From the NCBI GenBank assembly GCA_964016885.1, contig OZ024743.1, forward strand, positions 338,706,001 to 338,770,000: DNA of 64,000 nucleotides, written 5' to 3'. How positions within the stretch are numbered: the first letter of the stretch is position 1; the number at the start of each line of letters is the position of its first letter. A program made the position numbers and the translations under genes. The notes beneath the pieces are model-generated. The model made no database searches. It saw nothing but the letters and a program-made list of their open reading frames with translations, and was not told the DNA's origin. The DNA is from Eledone cirrhosa (taxonomy: Eukaryota). Of the stretch, positions 1 to 14,683 are shown piece after piece.

Positions 1-719
1 TATTTTTAAAAAACGTTTAGATTTGGAAGAGGTTTATTTTTGTTGATACTGGGGACTGTTGGACGTGTGATGTTACTTCCTCAACAGTCGGCCCCTGTAT
101 CCCTAGTCAGACTATATATATGTGAGTGTGTACATACATACATGGTGGCTGCCAACTCGTTTTCGAGTACGGCCACTACCTTATATCCATGTAGGAGAAC
201 CCCTACCGATGAGCTGAACGAGTGTGACTTTTTAGTCCAGCCAGCGACTTGAAAACTCTGGTACAAACACTACACTTGTGACAATTATTGAAACATAGTG
301 CTGGGCCCATGGTACCATGTGATGACAAGTGCAGAGAGATCTCCAGATATAAAGCAATGCCCGTGCCGTGAAGCTTTTATAATGAGCAAATGCACTGCAC
401 AAAGCCAGTCCCACTCTCTTAAACAAGATGATATTTACCAAAAAGAAAAACAAGTCAACATCATTGGATACCATCAGGGTTGCAGGTGTTATATCAGAGT
501 TTTCCTTCTCGTAGAATTCTGCCTTGACAAAGGCTAAGGGGTCATCTCTCCCGGTGATTTTGGATGGCCATTAACTCTTAAGGGCTCCTTTGCCCTTTAA
601 CATGTTTTGTTTTTAGTCCTGCAGGATGTCTAAAGTCACCCTCCTCACCAAGAAACCTTGGTGGGGTTGCCAGTTTAGTCGCCAACGACTCGACCATGAG
701 ACAGGTTGTACTGGGATAC

Positions 720-792
720 ATGTATGTATGTATGTATGTATGTATGTATGTATGTACCAACATACATACATACATATGCACTCACACACGCA

Positions 793-862
<70 letters not shown>
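720..862. repeat. Compound microsatellite (TGTA)n/(CA)n
   Basis: Directly visible simple repeats. Confidence 0.95.
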
Positions 863-865
<3 letters not shown>

Positions 866-1058
866 TTCTCATGCAGATCCAGCGTGCTGGGGCGTGACAA
901 GGCTGGCCCATTAGACTGCGCGTGAAGCCCATCTTGAATTATTGTGTAAGTGGCTAAACATTCCACAGGCACATTTACTCTGAACGTAGATATCAAAAGC
1001 ATTCAGTGACACAGTGTGTGTCAAAGCTGACCCACTGATTTATAGGTACAACTCATTT

Positions 1059-1330
1059 TTACTCAACTCAGCCGCTTCGGTCACAAACTCCGGTACTGCG
1101 GCCCACAAAGGGAGGGAATCCAATAAATACCGGGGATTGTTCGGCCGCTTCCTCTTCGCTCCGGTCGCCGTCGAGACCTCAGGCGCACTTGGACCCCTTA
1201 CTGATGAGCTCCTCCGCAAGATCGGAACGCCAGCAACCCGTCTGAGTAGAGTCCTTGCCCTTCCCTTCATTTTCCGTTTTTAAATATCATATCTGTAGTG
1301 TTGTTGCTATTTGAAATAGATTTGTTTATG
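1059..1330 (+). mobile_element. 3' fragment of a CRE-like non-LTR retrotransposon (restriction-like endonuclease C-terminus)
   Basis: Translation AAHKGRESNKYRGL..FLFAPVAVETSGALGP..ELLRKIG fits the K..KY..F.P.A.ET.G..G motif of RLE-bearing elements; homologous to 23560-23908. Confidence 0.7.
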
Positions 1331-1470
1331 ATTGTTTTGTTTTGTTTTTTTTATTAATAAAACATATACGATGTAAAATTTTCGAATAATTTTGAAAATA
1401 AATTATTGATAAAGTAATATAATAAATGTTTATTCTTTTAATAATTTATTAATGAACCAGTGCCGTCAAT

Positions 1471-1885
1471 AATGGTTTCTATATTTGGCACAAGGCCAGC
1501 AATTTGAAGGGGAAATGTCGATTAAATCGACCCCAATCCGTTACTGATACTTTATTTTATCGACCCCGTAAGGATGAAAGGCAAAGCTAACCTTGGCAGG
1601 ATTTGAACTCAGAACATAAAGAGCCAGAATAAATACCACAGTGATATTTTATCTGACGTTCCACCAATTCTGCCAATCCAACGCTCTTTTAAAGATAATT
1701 GCTTCTACTTTTGGCACAAGGCCAGCAATTATCTCAGTGCATTATTGGCACTTTTATTTTATCGACCCCGTAAGGATGAAAAACAAAGTTAACTTCGGCG
1801 GGATTTGAACTCAGACCGTAAAGGGCTGTAACTCTATGCTGCAAAGCACGGCGTCCAAACCTCTACCGATACTGCCAATCCACCG
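1471..1885 (-). mobile_element. Two tandem tRNA-derived SINEs (Meta-domain-like family)
   Basis: Reverse strand has A box (tggcagtatcggtaga), B box (gagttcaaatcc), core ctttgcctttcatccttacggggtcgataaaat and tail gctggccttgtgcc. Confidence 0.85.
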
Positions 1886-1964
1886 CAAACAATAACGTTG
1901 AAGATATTCAATATCTAGAGTACAGGATTGGTATGCCATATATACTTGGATTAGTGAATATATA

Positions 1965-2312
1965 GTGGAGGCGCATGGCTTAGTGGTTAGAGCGTTGGAC
2001 TTGCAATCGGGTGGTTGTGAGTGAGTTCGATTCTCGAACAGAGTGATGCATTGTATCCTTGAGCAAGACACTTTATTTCATGTTGCTCCAGTTCACTCAG
2101 CTGTAAAAATGAGTTATGACGTCACTAGTGTCAATCTCTATCAGCCATTGCTTTTCCCTTAGACAACATAGTTGGCATGGAGGGGAGAGACTGGTATGCA
2201 TGGGCGACCGCTGGTCTTCCCCAAACAACCTTACCCAGACTTGTGCCTTGGAGGAGAACTTTCTAGATGCAAATCTCATAGTCGTTCGTGACCGAAGCGG
2301 GTCTTTACTGGA
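1965..2312 (+). mobile_element. tRNA-derived CORE-like SINE
   Basis: A box tggcttagtggttaga, B box gttcgattc, CORE-like tccttgagcaagacacttt..cactcagctgtaaaaatgagt. Confidence 0.8.
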
Positions 2313-2524
2313 TATATGAATGATCATACAAACTGGAAAATTTGCTTTTTTATAAGTTCATGGTTTGCATAAGAGAAACCCTATAGTTTATGAGAATGAT
2401 ATTTCAATAATTTATTAGTGGATCAGTTATATCAATAATGACAGCAATGGTGTTGAACCTATTAAATATTTGGAATCTAGGATTGGTATGCCATATATAC
2501 TAGCATTGCTGGATATGTCTCTTG

Positions 2525-2875
2525 TGAAGGCGCGTGGCTTAATGGTTAGTGTTGGGTATTCACAATCGTGAGCTTGTGATCGGGTGATGAGTTGTGTCCT
2601 TGAGTAAGGCACTTTATTTCTCGTTGCTCCAGTTCACTCAGCTGTAGAAATGAGTGGCGACGTCACTGGTGCCAAGTTGTATCAACCATTGCCTTTTCTT
2701 TGGACAACGTCGGAGGCGTGGAGTGGGAAGACTGTTGGTCTTCCAGAAAAATACCTTGCCCGGATTTGTGCCTCAGAGGGGAACTTTCTTAGCGAATAAC
2801 CCAAGATCATTTGTGATCGAAGGTGCAAAACCTATTGTCATTTGTGACCAAAGGTGCAAAAACCAAAGAGTCTTT
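2525..2875 (+). mobile_element. Second CORE-like SINE copy
   Basis: Colinear similarity to 1965-2312. Confidence 0.75.
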
Positions 2876-3189
2876 ATCATTTACCCTGGATCTATGAACA
2901 ATCATAGAACACAACACGCTGCCCAGTCCGGAAATCGTTTTCACGGTCGTTAGATCATGAGCTGAACATCCTAACCTCTAAGGCACGCGCCATCGCTACA
3001 CGACACGAGACCTCAATAGCTATACCACCCCACACCGCCCCGTTTATCATCAAGACGTTCGCAATCTTTTTTATCAACAATGCACATAAGAACGTATCCT
3101 CTGTAGCAGATATTAGAACTTGATACTATAGGCTAGGGTAAGCAAACACTTTATCTCCTCCATCATTTTGTCACTTTATCATAACCTAC

Positions 3190-3734
3190 CACATACACAC
3201 ATACACATATACATATATACATACCTACATACACACATACTTACACATGCACACACACGCATACATACATTTACACACATATACAGACCTACATACACAC
3301 ATACTTACACATACACGCATATATACACGTACACACATACTTACACACACATACATACACACATACGCATACACAGACGCATACATACATACATACATAC
3401 ATACATACATACATACATACATACATACATACATACATACATACATACATACATACATACATACACATACCTACCTATACACATACCTACCTATACACAT
3501 ACTTTCACACACATACACACATGCATGCTCACATACACACATAAAACCAGCCATATATGCATATGTACGTAAATACATACATACGTATATACGTGCATTT
3601 AGAGACCGAATATATGTGTGTGTGAGTCTATATATATGTGTGTGTGTGTGTGTGTATGTGTATAAATACATATATACTTACATACAAACATAGATGCATA
3701 CATACATACATACATACATACATACATACATACA

Positions 3735-3765
<31 letters not shown>

Positions 3766-4145
3766 TTACATACATATTTACATACGTACATACATACTGT
3801 CATATTTACATACACACACACATACATACATACATATACATACACACACATACATACATACATACATACATACATACATACATACATACATACATACATA
3901 CATACATACATACATACAGATATATATATATACATACCTACATACATACCTACATACATACATACAGACATATATATACATACCTACATACATACATACA
4001 TACATACGTATGTAATTACATATTTACATACTTTCATATTTACATACACACACACATACATACATACATACATACATACATACATACATACATACATACA
4101 TACATACATACATACATACATACGTACATACATACATACATATGT
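3190..4145. repeat. Long degenerate (TACA)n/(CA)n microsatellite
   Basis: Directly visible. Confidence 0.95.
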
Positions 4146-4451
4146 AGGAGGTGAGTAATGTTGTAGAACAATAAAACTATGCATATATCAGATAAGTAGC
4201 ACTCAACAGCTGGTAGACTGGAGTATATATAACATACATCTATACGTACATAGAGACGCAGACAGACAGATAAGCAAGAAGAAACAACAAGAGAATGTAA
4301 ATGAGAAAAATGAAACAATAGAGGTGATGTGAAGATAATTTTCGTACTTTCTAATGAAATATAGCGTTATAAAGAAGGTCATGCCTACACATACACACAG
4401 ACACATGGACACATAAATACACACATACATGCAGTCATACATATCCTCAGA

Positions 4452-4517
<66 letters not shown>

Positions 4518-4557
4518 AGTGTGTGTATGCATGTATATATATATATATATACACATG

Positions 4558-5528
<971 letters not shown>

Positions 5529-5569
5529 GATATTAAATAAATGGAAACTATATTTATAAAACCATATTT

Positions 5570-5633
5570 ATTTCATTATATATATTTCAGGGATATCATA
5601 TTAAAAATATGTTATGCCATCTTCAGACAAAAT
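5570..5633 (-). ncRNA. Type I hammerhead ribozyme motif (same family as 19433-19496)
   Basis: AUUUUGU-CUGAAGA...GAAA-UAUAUA-UA-AUGAAAU on the minus strand. Confidence 0.6.
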
Positions 5634-5729
5634 ACAATATAAACAGTCTTATAAATAGATAGGTTCGACATACCTTTCAACTTCGACTTCTATTTGAAAA
5701 GTTGATTTGGTAGTGGAAAAAATATTAAC

Positions 5730-5835
<106 letters not shown>

Positions 5836-6043
5836 CGTTTCTGAATTTGTTTAGCAAGATACTTTATCTGAAAACGTGTGTTGAAACCGATATTGTTATA
5901 CTTTGGGAGGGTCATGTTGCCAATAAGAAACACACGCACCAGTTGCTTTCACTTCAATTCATTATAATAAATTTATAAATTTAGGAATTTATAAATTTCC
6001 GGTTGGTTGGTTGGTTCCACACCCAGATGATTGTTTATATATT

Positions 6044-6086
6044 GCCAAAGTTCTTTCGTCACACATTCTGTGACCTCTTCAGTGAC
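6044..6086 (-). ncRNA. Minimal hammerhead ribozyme in the PLE 3' pseudo-LTR
   Basis: GUCA-CUGAAGA-G-GUCACA/UGUGAC-GAAAG-AA-CUU-UGGC. Confidence 0.85.
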
Positions 6087-8957
6087 TCGGAATTCTTTTC
6101 TTTGTTTTTGTGCCTCTCCTTTGTTCTGTCCTACGCCATCTTGTTTTTGTGTATGTGTTGTGTGCTTAGTTTGCGCATGTGTTACATCCAGGTGTCTGTG
6201 TGTGTTTATATTCGTTTATTTATTTGTTTATTTACATGTTACTGGTTGGTTGTTTGTTCTATGTGCGTGTGTGTTTTCATTTTGTCCTTAATTGTAAGTT
6301 GTGATGTTGCTGTTCCATTCATGTTTTCTATTTAATTTTGGTTGGAGTTCATTTATGTTTATTGCCTCTGTGATTTGTCTAAACATTGCGTCTTTTCTGT
6401 GTGTAGATTCTATTTTTATTTCTATGTTCTCTAATTTACCCTTATGTTCTATTTTAGCATGTTGGTAGAGTACAGATAATTCTTTACTATCTTGAAGGTC
6501 TCGCCAGTATTCATTTATCCGTTCCCCTATACTACGAGCTGTCTCGCCTATGTACACTATATTTTTATCTCTACATTGTCCTTCAGTACATCTTATGCTA
6601 TATACTACATTTCTAGTTTTACAGTTAATATGGGGGCTTAATTTACAGATTATACATTTCTTATCTATACAGGGAGGTCTTTGAAAAGGGTATGTATTGC
6701 TAATAAGTGTTTTTATGGAGGTACCTGGTCTTTCTACTATCTTAATATTGAGTTTATATTTATCTAGGGCCCTTCTAAATTTGTAAGCTAATTCACCTCT
6801 AGGGGTTGTATCGATGAACATAACATTGAATAAACTCATACCATGAGTTTATTCTATTAGCCTTATTCCTAGTTCTTTCTATTCTATTCGAAAATTTGCT
6901 CCTATACAAGGGGCAGGTCCCATTTGTGTCATTATTTACCATTTTTTCCCATTCTATATATACTCTGATTTATCTCTCTGATTGTAACCAGAGAACTGCA
7001 TACGGTGTATTAAGTGTTGTATGTGTCTCTCTAGTTCTTTGGGGTTGCACATGCGGGACACGTTTCTCATCACCCGTACCAAATCCGCAATCAGTATGTT
7101 GATTTTGGTATGGTCCGGCTGAGTTTCGCTGGATCAGATATTTGGAAGTCATGGGTTTGGCATAATGGGAATGGAGGATTTGTTTTTTGTTATTAATAGT
7201 ATCTAACCAGAGCTCTGTGTCTAGTACAGGTAATCGATGGTTGGGTAGTCTATAGTAACTCTAATACTCTGATGGATGGAGTTAGCTATTTGCTGGATGC
7301 TTTCCATTGGGTTTTTCTCTAATTCCTGACTGTTCTCTAGTTGGGGTGTTTTAACTACGATGTTTATATCATCTACGTAGCGGGAGTACATTATCAGGGT
7401 TAAGGGGTTTTCTAATTGTTCTTTAAGTTTAAGTTTAAGTCTACTGTCCCACCATACCATGAATAGGTTAGCTATGTCGCCTGCAATGCTAACACAAAAT
7501 GGCTGCTCCCTCCTCTTGGGCATATGTTTTTCCATTAAATTTGAACATATGTTCCTTAAGGGTTAATTTTATGCTGGCCCCCACCGCATGTGCAATCATT
7601 TTCTTTAGTTCATCGTGGTTTTCGGGGGTCCGTATGGCTCTCGTCCACCCGTTCCATCTATCTGTGTGGGTTTTCTTGGCCATTGAAGTAATGGTAGGTG
7701 GTCTGCCTCTTGCTGGTCTTGTAGGGCACAGTTTGCTAAGGTCATATGTATCTAGATAATTATTACTATAGGTAAGTTTAAGTAGGAGTCCCAGCTCACT
7801 GGTATCAATCCCACGGAATTCAACATTGCTCTCACTGATCATTTCTACGCATTTCTCCACAACAAAATCCACGTCAATAGATGGATACAGGGACACAACA
7901 TCCATACTACCTATTATGCAGTTTGTTAGGTCCCTAGATCGGTTACCCTCGCCGATTCTGCTGAGGAGGTCCTCCGTGCTGTCACATACATCTGGGGACA
8001 TTTCAAAGATGAGGCGTATGATCAGGGAGAGGAAGTAGGAAAGTCTGTAGTTACTAGCAATGTTAGCTCCACAGACTGGCCGTGTTGGTGGTCCTGTGAC
8101 ATGGTCACTGCTTGTTTTATGGTCTTTTCGAAGCCCATACAACGCTGGCACGTCATTGTTCCAGGCCTGGAAGTTGTTGGCAGTCCTTTTGTTGGGCTGC
8201 ATTATATTTGTCCACATCATCATATGGGCATTGAGGGCTTTTTCCCTATCCTCATGCTCTTGTGGTGTTACTTCTCTTGTGTTAGTGATGTGGGGTTGCA
8301 TTGCCTGGATGTAGTTTGGCAGACTGTCAACCGACATTCTGCCAGACTTGTCTGTTGGAAAGCATGCTATCTCTTCATTACGCGAGCGCTGCATGAGCTT
8401 ACGCAAGCCATTTTCAGATTTTTCTCCCAGTTGCTGGGCCTCCATTCCATTATGCTTCTTACTATACTGTTCTATAATATTTCTAAGTTTAGATCTAGCT
8501 ATACTAAATTGTGCTTCTGTTTGTTCATCGACCTGCGACGGCAATTGTGTAAGATAGTAAAGAATCATCTGTACTCTACCAACATGCGAAAATAGAACAT
8601 AAGAGTAAATTAGGAACATAGAAATAAAAATAGAATCTACACACAGAAAAGACGCAATGTTTAGACAAATCACAGAGGCAATAAACATAAATGAATTACA
8701 ACCAAAATTAAATAGAAAACATGAATGGAACAGCAACATCACAACTTACAATTAAGGACAAAATGAAAACACACACTCACATAGAACAAACAACCAACCA
8801 GTAACATGTAAATAAACAAATAAATAAACGAATATAAACACACACAGACACCCGGATGTAACACATGCGCAAACTAAGCACACAACACACACACAAAAAC
8901 AAGATGGCGTAGGACAGAACAAAGGAGAGGCACAAAAAACAAAGAAAATAATCCCCA

Positions 8958-9000
8958 GTCACTGAAGAGGTCACAGAATGTGTGACGAAAGAATTTTGAC
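8958..9000 (+). ncRNA. Minimal hammerhead ribozyme in the inverted PLE pseudo-LTR
   Basis: GUCA-CUGAAGA-G-GUCACA/UGUGAC-GAAAG-AA-UUU-UGAC. Confidence 0.85.
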
Positions 9001-9448
9001 AATATATAAACAACCATCTGGTTGTGGAACCAACCAACCAACCGGAAATTTATAAATTCCTAAATTTATAAATTTATTATAATAAATTGAAGTGAAAGCA
9101 ACTGGTGCATGTGTTTCTTATTGGCAACATGACCCTCCCAAAGTATAACAATATATATATGTAAATATAAATTCAGCGAGAATCGTATTTCGGCTGGTAG
9201 AAAAAGCGAAACGAAACGCAAAATCGTAGAAATGCTGGCAAGGCTCCAATAGTTAAGAAAACCAGAGCTAAACAATGTTAAAACGCCACAATTGACAAAG
9301 TGGTTAAGAAGCCATTAACCACCTAACCCAAAAAACAAATCAAGCTAAACAGGTCAAACAAAATAAATTATATATATATATGTATATATATATCGGGGGG
9401 TAACCACAGTAAGTAAGGTACTCAATACAAAGCAGAGTATAAATATTT

Positions 9449-9554
9449 AATATAGAAAAGGTTTCTACAGGACTAGAACTGTTTCGTTCGGGAGAAATCA
9501 TCAAGAAGCCTTCCTGATGAAACAGTTCTAGTTCTGTAGAAGCCTTTTCTATAT
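9449..9554 (-). ncRNA. Hairpin module with a hammerhead-like motif at 9460-9510 (-)
   Basis: Inverted arms of ~37 bp; GGCUUC-UUGAUGA..GAAACAG..CUGUA-GAAACC; related stubs near 18368 and 18433. Confidence 0.55.
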
Positions 9555-9555
9555 G

Positions 9556-9586
<31 letters not shown>

Positions 9587-9744
9587 ACATATACGCAAAT
9601 CTTTATTTTATACAGAAATGACTTCTACAAGACTAGATTGAGTAACTTTTTTTAACTGAGATCACCTCCCGATACCCATCGGGAGTCTACTCATTTATAT
9701 ATATATATATACTATATATATGTGTGTGTGTGTGTACTATATAT

Positions 9745-10332
9745 AGAGAGAGGGGAGGGGGAATGGCAGAATGTGAACGAGAGACAGGGAGACAGAGATA
9801 AAAGTGAAATAAAGACAGACAGACAAAGACTGGGAGAATGTAAAAGAAATATAAGATGTATAGAGAAATACATAGTGAGAGAGAGACAGAGAGAGAGGGG
9901 GACAGAGAAAGAGTGATACAGGCAGATGGAGTGACGGGGAGAGAGAAAGAGGAGGTGAGAAAGACAGGGTGAGTGATAGAGAAAGTAGCAAAGGAATGAG
10001 GGACGAGGAGAGAGAGAAGAGAAAGACAGTGTGAAAAATTGAGAGAGCGACAAAAGGAGAGGGAGAGAGAGAGGGGAAAGAGAGAGACAGAGTATAAGAC
10101 AGACAGAATGACACAGAGACGGGAGAAAGAGATAATGGAAAGAGAGAGAGGGAAAGAGAGAGACAGAGTATAAGACAGACAGAATGACACAGAGACGGGA
10201 GAAAGAGATGATGGAAAGAGAGAGAGGGAGAAAGGGAGAGAGAGAGGGAGAGAATGGGAGACAGAGAGATAGAGGGACAAAGTGAGAGAGAGACGGTGAG
10301 AGAGATAGAGAGAGACGGTGAAAGAGAGAGTC

Positions 10333-10404
<72 letters not shown>

Positions 10405-10578
10405 GGTAAGAGAGTGAGTCAGAGATAGAGAGACAGAGAGAGAGGGAAAAAGAAAGAGACGGTGAGAGATTGAGTCAGAGATATAGAGAGAGAGACGGTG
10501 AGAGAGAGAGAGAGAGAGAGTGAGAGAGAGAGAGAGAGACAGAGAGAGAGAGAGACGGTGAGAGTGAGTGAGAAAGAT

Positions 10579-10618
<40 letters not shown>

Positions 10619-10815
10619 GGTGAGAGAGTGAGTGAGAGAGATAGAGAGAAAGAGAGACGGTGAGAGAGTGAGTGAGAGAGATAGAGAGAGACGGTGAGAG
10701 AGAGAGTCAGAGAGATAGAGAGACAGAGAGAAAGGCGGTGAGAGAGTGAGTGAGAGAGATAGAGAAAGAGAGAGCTGCGGTGAGAGAGTGAATAAGAGAG
10801 ATAGAGAAAAAGACA
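9745..10815. repeat. Purine-rich (GA)n tract with higher-order units (agagagacggtgagagagtg..)
   Basis: Directly visible. Confidence 0.9.
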
Positions 10816-11009
10816 AAGCTAAAGATGTTAGTGCAAGGAATGTCAGTTGTAGTGAATACGACAGTAATATCATCACATAGACTGGATTTATCGAATTACA
10901 TACAACAAATTATTGAGAATGTATAACAGAACGTATTTAGAAGGTGCTTAGAAGAACTACAGAAGAACCGAATAATGTATGTAGGTGGTATGGTATGGTA
11001 ATCTTAAGG

Positions 11010-11626
11010 GCGACATACTGGCATACGGCGTTTCTAGGGCATTTTTAAACCTGGCGGGGACCATCTCCTCTCCAGGTCTGACTACATTAGATTTCTTCCA
11101 GAGAAGGATAGAGAGTGAATGAGAGAATTGAAGTGAGAAAGAAATGTAGAGGAAAAATCGACACCAGTATTAGACTGGTACTTTTTTTTATCGACCTCGA
11201 ATGATTGCGACACAAAGTTGTCCTCAGCGGGATTTGAACTCAGAAAGCTGAAAGTCGAAACGAATACCGCTGACGTTCTAACGACTCTGCCAATTCGCCG
11301 TCTAATGAATGTTAGTATGGAATAGTAACTCCTAGTAATGTCGTGTCGGCACCTTAATGTCATACAGAGTGTCTTGGGCATTTAAAACCAGGCGGGGGGT
11401 CTATCTCATCTCCAAGTCTGAATACAGCTGATTTCTTCCAGAGGAGAAGAGAGAGTGTATTGTGTGAGATATGAAAAGGAAAAAGAGGAAGAATCAGTCC
11501 CAGTACTTGACAGGTAAATTGTTTATCAAACTCGAAAGGATGAGAAGCAAAGTTAACTTTGGTGGGATTTGAACTCAGGGCGCAGAGAGCCAGAACGAAT
11601 ACCGCAAAATATTCTATTCGTCGCCT
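11010..11626 (-). mobile_element. Two tandem SINEs, long-tail variant of the Meta-like family
   Basis: Same head and core as the 1471 copies but a different 3' tail; also at 12596-12895 (+) and 17285-17622 (-). Confidence 0.7.
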
Positions 11627-11699
11627 CATCACAGAATAATAGAAAGTAGTAGAGGACTCGACTCTGTGGACTTCCGTCAGTTTGGACTATGCGGTAAGT

Positions 11700-12250
11700 T
11701 TTCACGTCACTATATCTCTAGTTGATCGATGGAGTTCCGTCGGTTTCAGCGGTGAGTGTTCCAGTAGTTCGATCACCGGCACAACCTGTTCATGAAATTA
11801 ACGTATAAGAGGTTGAGCACTCGCCATATACGTGTGCCATTAACGAAACTCTTAGGGAGATTCAGTGTGACACGATATGTGCTAGAATTACATGTACGAG
11901 GGGTGCTGAAAAGTTCCTAGCTTTGGGTAAAACAAAATACAGGAGGATCAGTTAATTATGATTTTATTCAACATATTCAGATTCACATACTTATTTATAC
12001 CTCTCCAGTAAAAGGTAACAACTCTACACGTTCCACGATACTCGTAAAGCCAGAAATGTTTCAGCACCCCCTCCTATAGACAATCCGATGACTTTCCAAA
12101 GTTTCCATCTAACCAATTTTACTCACAGGCGTAGGTAGACCCGAAGCTAGAGTAAAAGACACGTCCCCAAGACGACACGCAGTGGTATTGAACCCGAGAT
12201 GTAATGATTGCGAAGCGAACTGCTTAACTATTTGGCCATGCTACGTCCAC
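11700..12250 (-). mobile_element. Old tRNA-derived SINE interrupted by a MITE
   Basis: tRNA-like head at 12160-12250 on the minus strand (tggccaaatagttaagc..gggttcaatacc). Confidence 0.5.
11895..12076. mobile_element. Mariner-derived MITE
   Basis: TIRs cgaggggtgctgaaaagttcctagcttt / aaagccagaaatgtttcagcaccccctcc, each flanked by TA. Confidence 0.8.
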
Positions 12251-12269
12251 TTTAATAGAATAGTGAAAT

Positions 12270-13252
12270 AGTGGTTTCTTATATAGGCACAAGGCCAGCA
12301 ATTTTGGGGGGATGGGAAAGTCGATTAAATCGATCCCAGTGCGTACTGGTACTTTATTTTATCGACCCCGTAAGGATGAAAGGCAAAGTTAACCACGGCG
12401 GGATTTGAACTCAGATCATAAAGGGCCGTAACTCTATGCTGCAAAGCATGGCGTCCGACCCTCTACCGATACTGCCAATCCACCACCCTCAGAATAGTGA
12501 AATAGTAAAATTACTTAAAATTTCAGAAGTAACCAATAATTTATTTTAATTTAAGCACAAGGTTAGCAATTTTAGGGGTAGGTAAAGTCAGTTGTGGCGG
12601 CGAATTGGCAGAGTCGTTAGAACGTTGGGTAGAGTGCTTTGCGGTATTCGTTCCAGCTCTATACTCTCTGAGTTCAAATTCCGCCAAGATCAACTTTGCC
12701 TTTCATCCAATCAAGGTCGATAAAAAAGTACCAGTCTACTATTTGGAACCGATTCTTCCTTTAATATCTCTTTCTCACTTCCATTCTCTCACTTTCTCTC
12801 TATCCTTCTCTGGAAGAAATCTGTTGTATTCACACCTAGAGAGGAGATAAGCTCTCTGCTGGGTTTTAAAAGTGCCATAGGAACGTCGTATATCAATGTG
12901 GCGTTCCTACGACTTCATCGGGAGTCACGAGTGCATTACTGATATTATATTTCACTGACAAGGGCGGTGGTTTAGCAGTATCGGTAGAGAGTCGGATGCC
13001 ATGCTTTGCGGCATAGTTACGTCCCTTTACAGACTGACTTCAAATTCCACCGAGGTTAACTTTGCCTTTCATCCATACGGGGTCGATGAAATAAAATACC
13101 AGTAATGCACTGAATAATTGCTGGCCTTGTGCCAAAATTAGAAACAATTATATTTCAATGACATTGGAAGCGTGATTTAAACTCAGAATGTGACGAGCCA
13201 GAACAAATATCACAAAGTATTTTTCTAACGTTCTATCAACTCTGCTAATCCA
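12270..13252. mobile_element. SINE cluster: 12270-12488 (-), 12596-12895 (+), 12961-13152 (+), 13165-13252 (-)
   Basis: Same A/B boxes and core motif. Confidence 0.85.
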
Positions 13253-13574
13253 TGGACAACTTTGTAACGCCCGTGCAATTATGTCTGCTGGGACCTTAAC
13301 ATAACATCCATCTGAGGTATTACACTTCAGAGAGACAGAAAGAGCGAACGAAAGAACGTGACAACCTTTTCATTGGTTAATTTGTGCTGTTACTGTTAGT
13401 CCACTATACGTTAGGCACACACACATACACACACACACACGCTCACACATATACATACATACACGCTCACATACATATATACAAACTTAAATACATGCAC
13501 ACACTAACACACACACACACATATGTATATATATACACACGCACAAACACACATACATGCATATATACATACAT

Positions 13575-13645
<71 letters not shown>

Positions 13646-13857
13646 AATATAAGTATATATACGTACATACATATATGTATACAGACGTACAGTAGTATGT
13701 ATATATATATACATACATGCACACATATATATATGTACGTATGGATTCACCGAACATTTATTATAATGCTCGGTGTGTTTGTAAACAAACATCCAGAATT
13801 AAGCCGTACAGTGTCTAGCAACCATCGTTGCTCGTTTGTTCAACACTGACAAAGGAA

Positions 13858-13898
13858 CGCTGTACTAGTTTCAAGCTTATTAGCTATCGTCAGCAACG
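13858..13898 (-). ncRNA. Minimal type I hammerhead ribozyme
   Basis: CGUUG-CUGACGA-U-AGCU-AAUA-AGCU-U-GAAAC-UA-GUA-CAGCG. Confidence 0.85.
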
Positions 13899-14003
13899 TA
13901 TACCTTCCTGCCAGATGGTTGAACGTCTGAAAGTATATACTTTCCTTATGCATATTAACGGCTGAGCAGCCTAATTTGCATATCGAGTGAGTTAATCGAT
14001 ATA

Positions 14004-14044
14004 CCTTGCTGACGATAGCCAATAAGCTTGAAACTAGTACAGCG
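14004..14044 (+). ncRNA. Minimal type I hammerhead ribozyme
   Basis: CUGACGA at 14009, GAAAC-UA-GUA at 14030-14039. Confidence 0.8.
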
Positions 14045-14436
14045 TTCCTTTGTCAGTGTTGAACAAATGAGCAACGATGGTTGCTAGACACTGTACGGCT
14101 TAATTCGGGATGTTTGTTTACAAACACACCGAGCATTATAATAAATGTTCGGTGAATCCATACGTACATATATATATATATATGTGCATGTATGTATATA
14201 TATATACATACTACTGTACGTCTGTATACATATATGTGTGTACGTATACATACTTATATTTAAGTAACAGCCGTACTAAGAGTGAGAAATGAAATTTCGT
14301 TTCATTTTTTCCGTTTATCGTTTTCGGTACCCCAGCCGATTAACTCACTCGATATGCAAATTAGGCTGCTCAGCCGTTAATATGCATAAGGAAAGTATAT
14401 ACTTTCAGACGTTCAACCATCTGGCAGGAAGGTATA

Positions 14437-14477
14437 CGTTGCTGACGATAGCTAATAAGCTTGAAACTAGTACAGTG
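14437..14477 (+). ncRNA. Minimal type I hammerhead ribozyme
   Basis: CUGACGA at 14442, GAAAC-UA-GUA at 14463-14472, stem I CGUUG/CAGUG. Confidence 0.85.
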
Positions 14478-14683
14478 TTCCTTTGTCAGTGTTGAACAAA
14501 TGAGCAACGATGGTTGCTAGACACTGTACGGCTTAATTCGGGATGTTTGTTTACAAACACACCGAGCATTATAATAAATGTTCGGTGAATCCATACGTAC
14601 ATATATATATATGTGCATGTATGTATATATATATATACATACTACTGTACGTCTATATACATATATGTATGTACGTGTACATA

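Larger units (their letters stand above)
5890..9153 (-). mobile_element. Penelope-like element (RT plus C-terminal GIY-YIG), 5'-truncated and frameshifted, with an inverted copy of its 3' end at 8550-9153
   Basis: ORFs 7489-8742 (TDKSG, RPVCG, SMDVVSLYPSI), 7221-7535 (YSRYVDD), 6288-6839 (NVVY..YIGETARS..ER); 8550-9153 is the reverse complement of 5890-6493. Confidence 0.93.

Noticed and set aside
1-700. Possible host exons in the first 700 bp
   Set aside because: Short ORFs with no recognisable domain and no supportable splice structure
1965-2045. tRNA gene candidates at SINE heads
   Set aside because: A/B boxes are present but they run into SINE core and tail; no complete cloverleaf
6288-8742. 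Naiad-type or selenocysteine-encoding PLE
   Set aside because: The endonuclease is C-terminal and its cysteines translate as Cys in the ORF track; no in-frame UGA pattern seen
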